This document shows positions 48,701 to 53,171 of a stretch of 53,171 bases of DNA, in pieces. Each line of letters starts with the position of its first letter. Position 1 is the first letter of the stretch. The notes under the pieces were generated by a model. That model had not been told where the DNA came from. It saw only the letters and a list, made by a program, of their open reading frames with translations, and did not search any database. The translations under genes were made by a program, and so were the position numbers. The DNA comes from a virus. Lineage: Duplodnaviria > Caudoviricetes. Location of the stretch: positions 1-53,171 of the IMG/VR virus record IMGVR_UViG_3300032308_000975; one strand, 5' to 3'.

Positions 48701-50741
48701 TTTCCTATATCAGACTAATGATGGAGATCTGATAGAAATTGTATCTATCGGAATAGGTGGGGTTGGAATCTTAGACTATCAAGAATTTACAGCAGATGGA
48801 GACACTAATTTATTTTTAACAAATTCATTGTTTAATCAAACCGATGCTATTTTTGTAACAGTGAATGGGGAACAGTTCGACGTAGAATTTATAGACAGTT
48901 CTACAGTAATAGACAGACAAAATAGAACGATGGTACAGTTCGGAACCCCGCCAGCCCCCCAGTCGATTATTAAAATATTAACATTTGGATTCCACGATAC
49001 TGATGTCTTTGGAGATGCGCCATTGATTAGGATTAATCAACAGATTTTCTTTTTCGATGGAAGTACAAATTCATTCTCATTGGATAATTTTGTAGATCTA
49101 AATAGAAATTCTAAGGAAGCTCCAGTATTAGTAGAAATTAATGGATCAGCATTACAGGGATTAGACACTACCTACATAATCTACGATGGAACCAACAACG
49201 AAATTACAGTCGGTATAGATCCAGAGGAATCGATCGGTGCCATCACATCCGGAGAATTGAAAATTTATGTCAATAATGAACTGAAACGTTTCGTTCTTGA
49301 TTATGTGTATAACGGTAATGCTAATCAGGTTATAATTCCACCATCTAATCTAGTTGTTGGGGATATCATAAAAATTGAAAATAGTTTCCGATCAAAATAT
49401 AACATTAATCAAGGAAATTTAACTATAGCTCCCGAAGTGTTTAATAATTTACAAAGAAACGACGATAGCACATTAAAGGATGTTATAAAAATTACCTGGT
49501 TCAGCGAATATCCTAGTCTCGATTTGATAGCTGACGAATATACAGGCGGAAAGGTACAATACAAATTACCAAGAAATCCTTTAGCTATAGATTATGTTTG
49601 GGTATATAAAAATGGTATTCGTCTAACTCAAGACAAGGATTATACCTTATCTTTACCTAGGGGAGTTTTATATCTTGTTAACGGATCCTCTAATGCCGAT
49701 ATAATTAAAATTATCATATTTGGTAATAGGCCTTATCGATCACCTAGAGCATTTGAGATATTCAAGGATATGCTTAATAATGTACATTATAAGAGATATT
49801 CTAGAAACAAAGATATTAAATTATCTAAGGATCTAACTTATTTCGCCGATCAAATAGAAGTAACCGATGGTAGTTTATTAGCTGATCCTATTCCTAATAG
49901 AAAAATACCCGGAGTCGTGTCTATCAATAACGAGAGAATCGAATATTTCGAAAAGATCGGGAATATACTTTCAAAATTAAGAAGGGGAAGTCTTGGAACG
50001 GCTATCGCAGAACTCCATTCTGTAGGCAGTTTTGTTGTTGACGTTGGAGCCACTGAAACTCTTCCTTATGCGGAATCACAGGAAAGGATTGATTTCACTA
50101 CAGCATCAACAATCAATCTTATACCGGACGGAACTTCTAGAACGTTTGAGAATTTAGAGGATTTGTATCTTGGATATGGAAATAAACGTGACATATCTGT
50201 TAAAATCAACGGAGATTTAGTTAATCCCGATTACTACTTAGTAGACACAGATTTGGGCACTTTGAGATTCGTTGACCCGATTCAATTGGCAGAAACAGAT
50301 ATCGTCACTGTTACGCCTTTGCTTGTAGGTCCTTTAGATTTTGTTCCCCTGGAAAGAAGAGATTCTCAAGGAAATTCCTTAGAATTTTCTTATAAAGAAA
50401 CTATTCCAGATAATTATTATCCTTGTGATCAATTTGAAGTGTTCAAATCGGGTACTAGATTAAGGAAAAATCCTATAGCGGTTTATCAAGAAGAATTAGG
50501 ATTGACTAGTCCGCAGGCTGATATAAATCTAGAAGCAGAATTTTCTGTAGATGGATCTGCTGCTTATATAAGATTGACGGAAGAAGCAGCGCCGGGAACA
50601 AGAATTACTGTGATTAGAAGACAGGGTAATTTATGGTATGAAAGAGGTGAAAATACTGCTAGTAGAGGTATAACTCTGCTTGAAAATACTACACCTATAG
50701 CAGAATTTATTTTTCAAAAGGGCTCAGAATTGCCCGAATAA
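36771..50741 (+). CDS. Giant (4656-aa) multidomain baseplate wedge/structural protein at the gp7 position
   Basis: A single uninterrupted ORF after gp6. Contains FIREKGTANAI, EEVKPFRT, FG-GAP-like repeats and repeated V(Y/F)xNG..DY modules. Confidence 0.75.
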   Translation: MDKDIFPESNIPVRRSKDLLPEIFKTESNNKFLGGLVDPLIQPGVLDKKVGYVGRRYGKTFRSSDVYLDNDQTLRSRYQLEPGVIVRNDVNVEGFYDYIDFKNQLKFFGNIEERDDLITSQHHYTWNPPIDWDKLINYREYFWVPDGPPGVRIQGQSQKIVSTYRVTLGANSYIFSPDGQTNNPTITLYRGQTYKFNLNVPGDFFVIRSNIDTGSLTYNPIVGYQKGQIVLYGNNLYQAQGNVPIAGLNAPLDTTSGIWKLLENLQEQKQALDYDQGVVNNRSEKGTVIFDVPFDAPDTLFYQSLTDPNKFGKFVIDSVENNTKIDVSNEILGKADYLSSNGVQLSNGMILRFEGLVTPVKYASGSWLVEGVGEEITLTKFSDLSVSQLLSTISPEILFDDGGFDTAPFDDAAAYPAAKDYITISKSSKDSNPWSRYNRWFHRSVLEYSHNFNNSNFDSPESARAKRPIIEFKPNLQLFNHGAVAKQSVDYVDDFTTDVFSSIEGAVGYNIDNEELFEGARLLITADTDRLVNNKIYTVRFITHNNRRQISLIPTEDSETAPGECVLVQRGLTNKGLMFNFDGTRWNKSQLKTTINQAPLFDLFDENEISFSNAETYPVSSFAGSKLVSYKTGVGPNDSELGFPISYLNIDNVGDIQFDNNFEQDIFTYKINRVTFSKKLSLGYFKLNLVSGTQYSNGWIPLDNTFVQPIIETVVAEDSNTIECDIIDWDAVSDEQIKKLVIYKNGIRYDVPYTRTVNQFVFEKDFVKGDSVTFRLYADFDPKFGYYEIPIGLERNPLNNEIDTFTLGQVNDHLLSALDLFDDFEGIYPGQNNLRDISGYQPLCRRFVKHSGLSPLAILLLCDKQVNIIKSIQYSRREYTDFKNNFIKLSDERYTGQTVVELVDEILEEMGRARSAANSFSNSDMVGSGAYTTIEYQVEDEGIKTFALSSKFDLNTLSNKAVYVYINGQQILHGRDYEFNSIFGFVNIKASVIEGDKIEIREYVTTGSSFIPPTPTKLGLYKKYTPRKFLDDTYRIPKEVIQGHDGSITIAYGDFRDDVLLELEHRIYNNIKQEYDETLFDIDAVLGGYYDTGLFNKKQVDNIVNRDFLSWISGTTTDYVNNIYFDSEDSYTYTYSNMTNIEGTKALPGYWRGVYQWYYDTDRPHRCPWEMLGFSEKPDWWEEQYGAAPYTSGNLLLWEDIRDGIIRQGARSGTYPRYQRPSILSHLPVDGDGNLLSPLDSGLAANFSLINNQGRFFLGDVSPAEYAWRSSSEWPYSILTVLCLLKPFEFLTDNFIKSSVRNNKLGQTVDKTSGLFTRIEDITRDDFDHLKSSGLCRFVIDYLKGTSTPTSILADKISRLDVNLSYRMSGFVDQQQQKFILDSKNPKSQSSSIFIPVENYDIIFNVSSPIGSITYSGVIVEKIDRGFKMSGYDALDPFFEYYQPVASQQDPLISIGGVSENFVEWNAEKFYNNGVVCRYNSNFYRALKSHTSGDTFDLSAWKQLPALPKVGSIDAFKRKNFNKTKTKILVYGEILPDVQSVVDFFLGYEEFLKSKGLVFDGYNIETQSPKDWFTSVKEFMYWTKHNWDVGSLITFSPIADRIEFNIQIGVADNLLDSFYGYQVLKNDGLPLRPEFINVTRDFQKLVVSTTNTNNGIYFFKGHLVLKEHVTVFDDRTVFNDVIYDKPTGYRQERIKSRGFRTVDWDGDYTSPGFLFDNVNIDVWQPFTDYKLGDIVAYKSFYWTSQTNQLGSEEFNDTLWTKLDSTPQKGLISNFDYRINQFEDYYEADADGIGSSQRDLSRHLIGYQSRDYLQQLAEDQVSQFKLYQGFIREKGTANAIVKVFDKLSESSDDSIVLNEEWAFQVGNFGGTDQTTRFEFEIKKDEFEINPQPIFITLSESTGPEVDQYVRIPFSKFTLSPNPFTTNLNPVSEYDKLNRSAGYVSFNDVDYTIKNRDDLLNFDINTVKENSLFWVTFDLNSWTVIKYNEPPTLRIISVSAVDEANKIARITFNSLHTIAVDDIIGIRDVSELTGFRKVVARGKTYVDVKYTAVKPEMEDSTSAAVGIFSDVRYTSYDDIDEEYIAASGSGTKFWIDDNSTGKWTVIEKVRQYSNIDLVNYGVTNPIGLGSAVVYIENLKQVVANLTASGYVLVYTESTDSMRLRQIISPPSGFEAALLGCFGEVLTVSPDYRFLVIGSPLASGVNSRFRGNLRLDVQYVPDDIVFYQDKTWKAVNDIPSYDGSSIDFASEDWTPATIIEAVSNGVGTGFAEQGMVSVYRYADNRWENTVNILSPRPSQGEHFGSDISIGVSGSTYYMAVSAKDSMGGKGRVYLFYYTGTEWKQLENPNYAGIYSTVEAVPYPIGTIVWDEDFLWEATANQQGAATKPSDSVSGWKKLDPVSTDCSLPNIISVADDDGSTLMSGILTADQLAEAVKEGDQFGFETAMNYDGSILVVGTPNSDGQFYNNYKGLYKSYQEYKHGDVVKSDDNYYRLGSPDSTVDSTNAIKGVDPASGEPWFNITDSTPTGRTGKIYIYKRTGSLFLLKQIITADNLADYSDLPAGDTIEIGDLFGYSVDIDPSGATIAASAPRADLGGQTQGVVYIFETASTESIEYRLKQKIQSFEEYNNEFFGSKIRISPGLEKIVVGAKNAGYTLITGFEAGTTFDRNKTRFSDSQGYPGQVYVYENKAGKYLLTEKLETDFVRNESFGYTLDCTRSTIVVGSPNYKLDNERVGKVRLFRKVSGSSSLKTLATQQPLINIDLLKNIELYNIDDHTRIAELDIVDHFKLKILNVAEQELSFKVPYDPAFYDKGTEEVTVDASQPWYEKNVGKLWWDLSTVKFNYYEQGDDAYKIGYWNSQSIGSSVDVYEWIESVLLPSEWSILADTTEGLAEGISGQPKYPNNSVYNTKQIFNPNTGQEVGTKYYYWVKNKTTLPSFELGRRMPAASVADMINNPIGSNIPFISIIAADKFLAYNIRNILTTDRTLLNVEYNKDPSKLNLAHNEYQLLTEGVSSSNPTEYLERKWIDSLIGFDEAGNSVPDPKLAENQKYGLRFRPRQSMFVDRIKAIKIVIDRANNILASKPFSDLIDLSNFNSKDPLPSKPLNAFDFEVDDYVDLLQVGVVRVKQAVFRANIINGKIDTIDIVDPGFGYRNAPFIEIEGTGSGATAEITVDAQGRVNSITVTNKGRKYTFANIKIRPFSVQVISDSTADGRWSIYSWDQQRKIFYRSKSQAYDVSRYWYYIDWWKDGYDEDSRIVKEINNFYEESYYIIKEGDLLRVKEYASGGWAVFKKTAPGQGEVSGDYQLVGRQNGTLQISSSVYDTSSAAIGFDNVGTFDSDLYDLQPARELRILLKAIKEDLCVEDLAVEWNNMFFASIRYSYSEQDFIDWAFKTSFVSAVHNVGPLSQPVNYTNDNLLAYQTYIEEVKPFRTTIREYTSRYTKIEGTGSAVSDFDLPADYSTAAELILPIRGSFDKTGQYPWQYWYDNNGYSIVRIDVSDAGGDYTNPPKVLIEGDGTGATARAFVSSQRVSGIEVLTAGEGYKTTPTIYLVGGNGTSTRIAKAVAILGDTKVRSFNVGMKFDRISKSGIFQNFQQTQTFVATGLTSVFDLNYPPTRNKDRISIKKNNQTVLNSDYNISLFSVYNDAYTVPKGRLIFNSSPIAGDVIEITYDKNTLILDSVNRIDRFYAPMPGMKGKEKNQLMTGIDFGGVQIQGTTFDVTGGWDALPWYVDSWDSVESSADYYYIADGSTTFIVLPFTPKEGEIWTIYLKRLSESRPTRIDDPYWGKYDGSTVQPNGRVTAPKNARMPTIIGDGSTNVVELRDSVTDLAYVEVDAGDTLIFRPVESDGSVVITDVNLLDTRISGGSLSAAAGAYQTATGLTPEEIIISGDKFISPDQVPAPEENVPGQILDSLSIKVFNLTNEAGIPLQSKVVRSDGNTLRYDIGLKVIENNSVAVYVNKIKQEQNVDYEVDLATDTVLFLYQTNDGDLIEIVSIGIGGVGILDYQEFTADGDTNLFLTNSLFNQTDAIFVTVNGEQFDVEFIDSSTVIDRQNRTMVQFGTPPAPQSIIKILTFGFHDTDVFGDAPLIRINQQIFFFDGSTNSFSLDNFVDLNRNSKEAPVLVEINGSALQGLDTTYIIYDGTNNEITVGIDPEESIGAITSGELKIYVNNELKRFVLDYVYNGNANQVIIPPSNLVVGDIIKIENSFRSKYNINQGNLTIAPEVFNNLQRNDDSTLKDVIKITWFSEYPSLDLIADEYTGGKVQYKLPRNPLAIDYVWVYKNGIRLTQDKDYTLSLPRGVLYLVNGSSNADIIKIIIFGNRPYRSPRAFEIFKDMLNNVHYKRYSRNKDIKLSKDLTYFADQIEVTDGSLLADPIPNRKIPGVVSINNERIEYFEKIGNILSKLRRGSLGTAIAELHSVGSFVVDVGATETLPYAESQERIDFTTASTINLIPDGTSRTFENLEDLYLGYGNKRDISVKINGDLVNPDYYLVDTDLGTLRFVDPIQLAETDIVTVTPLLVGPLDFVPLERRDSQGNSLEFSYKETIPDNYYPCDQFEVFKSGTRLRKNPIAVYQEELGLTSPQADINLEAEFSVDGSAAYIRLTEEAAPGTRITVIRRQGNLWYERGENTASRGITLLENTTPIAEFIFQKGSELPE

Positions 50742-50744
50742 ATA
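50739..50744 (+). promoter_or_regulatory. Late promoter core (TAAATA), probably leaderless
   Basis: AATAAATA-CAATC-ATG, overlapping the upstream stop codon. Confidence 0.55.
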
Positions 50745-50749
50745 CAATC

Positions 50750-51421
50750 ATGGATGATAAAGAAGACAAAAAAATGGCTCCAGAAACTGAAAATCACGTA
50801 GAAAATACGAAAAAACGCCCCGACGAACAGTCAGGATTCCACTTTGAGGGTCACATTAAGATTTTTGATCCCCAGTCCGGACAGATTTTTATTGATAAAA
50901 GAAATGCCATACACTACGAAAATATGAGTGTGGCAATGGCTAATAGTATCAGTAACCAGGGCAAAGGAACGTTCTATGAAATGGTGTTTGGCACAGGCGG
51001 AACAACAGTTGATCCTACCGGGTTGATTACCTATCTCACACCAAACACTATAGGAATTAATAGTAATCTTTATAATCAAACTTTTAGAAAAGTAGTGGAT
51101 CAGAGTGCTGTTGAAAACATCGATCCTGTCAGAAATAAAATGGAAATCAGGCATGTTAGTGGCGCTACTTATACAGATGTATTAATTACCTGCCTGTTAG
51201 ATTACGGTGAACCTGATGGACAGGATGCTTTTGATAACAGTCAAGACATGGATGGGAATTTTGTTTTTGACGAACTGGGAATTAAATCTTATGATCCAAG
51301 CGGCAACGGTAAATTGTTGACCCATGTGATCTTTCATCCGATCCAGAAATCATTGAATAGATTACTGCAGATAGATTATACGATTAGGATCCAGAGTTTA
51401 ACTGGATTTAATGAGGTTTAA
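50750..51421 (+). CDS. Baseplate-region structural protein
   Basis: FEGHIKIFD...FVFDELG...LLTHVIFHPIQKS...IDYTIRI, located between the wedge and tail-collar genes. Confidence 0.65.
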   Translation: MDDKEDKKMAPETENHVENTKKRPDEQSGFHFEGHIKIFDPQSGQIFIDKRNAIHYENMSVAMANSISNQGKGTFYEMVFGTGGTTVDPTGLITYLTPNTIGINSNLYNQTFRKVVDQSAVENIDPVRNKMEIRHVSGATYTDVLITCLLDYGEPDGQDAFDNSQDMDGNFVFDELGIKSYDPSGNGKLLTHVIFHPIQKSLNRLLQIDYTIRIQSLTGFNEV

Positions 51422-51423
51422 AA

Positions 51424-53171
51424 ATGCCATATATTGTTAATTTTACAGACAAAGAAAACAAGATACCTATCACGGTATATGACAATACCTCTAGTACAGA
51501 CACAAGTTTAACCTTTCCCGGACGTAATGTCACGGGTTACGGTCAGATTATTGCCGAAAATTTTCTATCATTGTTAGAAAATTTTGCTAAAGAAACACAA
51601 CCAGTTAATCCTGTTGAAGGACAATTATGGTATGATTCGGCGAATGCTGTTCTTCAAATTTGGGACGGTAACAGATGGAAGGCAGCCAGTAATATTCAAA
51701 AAAGTGGAGTTGAGCCACCTACAGCGACATCGCAAGCCGGTGAACTGTGGGTAGATACTAATAATCAGCAGTTATATGTTTATTCTGGTTCTAGGTGGAT
51801 TTTAGTTGGACCCACATTTTCTACAGGTTTAAGGAGTGGTCCTATCGTAGAATCTGTAGTTGATTCGGATAACGTAGAACAGGTTCTATTGACATTCTAT
51901 GTTGAAGATGTTCCTATCTTTATTATCAGTAAAGAAAACTTTACTCCCAAAACTAGTATTCCGGGATTTGTGGTAATTAGATCTGGATTAAACATCACAG
52001 ATCAGGACGTCGGTGTAGGATTTGAAACTAAGATTTGGGGTAAGGCTACTTCTGCCGAATCTCTAACAGTCAATGACGTTGAAGTTGCTGCTGGCAAATT
52101 TTTAAGATCAGACATAGTTAATATTGTTGAACAGGGATTTAATATTAGAAACAACACCGGTATGGCTATAGGTGTTGACGGAAACTTTATTCTAACTAAT
52201 TCCACAGTCGCAGCTAAAATTTATAATTCCACTCCGGGCGCCAGCGTAGACTTACAGACTAACAGAGGTGGAATTCCTGAAACTATTTTAAGAGTTATTG
52301 ATAACAAGGTAGGTATCAATGTAGCTGCTCCTGACGAAGCATTAGACGTAGACGGTAACATTAGATCAAATGGGGCGATCATCCTAACAGATACCACACC
52401 TACTACTAACTTTAATAATGGAACTTTTAGAACCGCCGGTGGTGTCGCTATAGGAAAAAATCTATTAGTCGGAGATGGTGTTACAATAACCGGTGTTTCT
52501 AATTTAGAAACTACCCAACCGTCTATTACAGACGAATATGATCTTGGAACGACTACCAAGAGATGGAATACAGTTAGAGCAAAAACAGTTATAGCTGAGA
52601 CTCTAGAAGGAGTATTATCTGGAAACATCACAGGTAATGCTTCGACTTCTACCAGTTTGAAATTTGCTACAACATTTCGAATGCAGGGCGACGTAGCTGC
52701 GCCTAATATTCAATTCGATGGTCAAGTAGGCGGACTCACTAAGACATTTCAGACTACATTAACATCTGGTATTATCAGTAGCAAGGATGAACCGTTTCCT
52801 AATATTTCTAGAAAATCAGACTCTGTTCTTGTTTTTAGATCAGGTACCGGACTTTTAAGAGAAACTAGAAACGTTTTTGTGGGAGATTTGGCTGTGCCTA
52901 TTGGTGCTATATTACCCTATGCAGGATCGGAAGCACCTTACGGTTATCTGTTCTGCGACGGTAGTGAAGTTGAAAAAGCCAAATACAGTGATTTATTTGA
53001 CGTATTGGGGACCAGGTATAATGGTCTTACTCCTTTATTAGGAGTCAATACATTTAGATTACCTGACTTAAGAGGTCGATTTGGTCTAGGTAAAGACAAT
53101 ATGGACAACGGACTAACTGTGCCTAACAACACTGGCGGATTCGTAGATGCCGGCGGAGGAAATATTGATAG
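51424..53171 (+). CDS. Baseplate/short tail-fibre protein with tail-collar domain (3' truncated)
   Basis: Not in the track because it has no stop in the window. RBS GAGG and ATG 51424: MPYIVNFTD...YGQIIAENFLSLLENFA...PVEGQLWYD. Collar motif VPIGAILPYAG..APYGYLFCDG...FRLPDLRGRF starts at about 52890. Confidence 0.88.
   Translation, partial: MPYIVNFTDKENKIPITVYDNTSSTDTSLTFPGRNVTGYGQIIAENFLSLLENFAKETQPVNPVEGQLWYDSANAVLQIWDGNRWKAASNIQKSGVEPPTATSQAGELWVDTNNQQLYVYSGSRWILVGPTFSTGLRSGPIVESVVDSDNVEQVLLTFYVEDVPIFIISKENFTPKTSIPGFVVIRSGLNITDQDVGVGFETKIWGKATSAESLTVNDVEVAAGKFLRSDIVNIVEQGFNIRNNTGMAIGVDGNFILTNSTVAAKIYNSTPGASVDLQTNRGGIPETILRVIDNKVGINVAAPDEALDVDGNIRSNGAIILTDTTPTTNFNNGTFRTAGGVAIGKNLLVGDGVTITGVSNLETTQPSITDEYDLGTTTKRWNTVRAKTVIAETLEGVLSGNITGNASTSTSLKFATTFRMQGDVAAPNIQFDGQVGGLTKTFQTTLTSGIISSKDEPFPNISRKSDSVLVFRSGTGLLRETRNVFVGDLAVPIGAILPYAGSEAPYGYLFCDGSEVEKAKYSDLFDVLGTRYNGLTPLLGVNTFRLPDLRGRFGLGKDNMDNGLTVPNNTGGFVDAGGGNID

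Noticed and set aside
80-53132. Remaining short (60-160 aa) ORFs nested antisense or out of frame within long genes
   Set aside because: No recognisable motifs, and each lies within or almost wholly within a better-supported gene. 80..325 and those beyond 52000 shadow the two edge-truncated genes.
1-53171. Stop-codon reassignment, since none of the called genes ends in TAG
   Set aside because: All core genes, including a 14-kb ORF, are intact in the standard code with no in-frame TAG. Low TAG use is common in AT-rich phages.

Overview
This window is a gene-dense segment of a large T4-like (gp23/gp55-type) tailed phage genome that reads cleanly in the standard genetic code. The minus-strand arm (1-18516) carries accessory virion and fibre genes, including a subtilisin and a collagen-like protein. 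It also holds the head module (gp23, gp22, gp21, an acidic core protein, a CstII/Maf-like enzyme, gp20 portal) and a tape-measure-like gene with a GH19 muramidase domain. The middle holds a gp26-like chaperone with a probable -1 frameshift into a gp51-like frame, three probable internal head proteins, about 460 nt of highly structured non-coding sequence directly downstream of a minimal GIY-YIG gene, and gp46/gp47/gp55. The plus-strand arm (27650-53171) is the baseplate module: gp48/54-like, gp53, hub, gp5, gp25, gp6, a 4656-aa wedge protein and a truncated tail-collar protein. TAAATA late-promoter motifs precede most virion units. The best candidate for an undescribed system is the GIY-YIG gene plus its downstream pseudoknotted RNA. 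All product calls come from motif recognition and synteny, and all RNA structures are paired by eye; no searches or folding programs were run.
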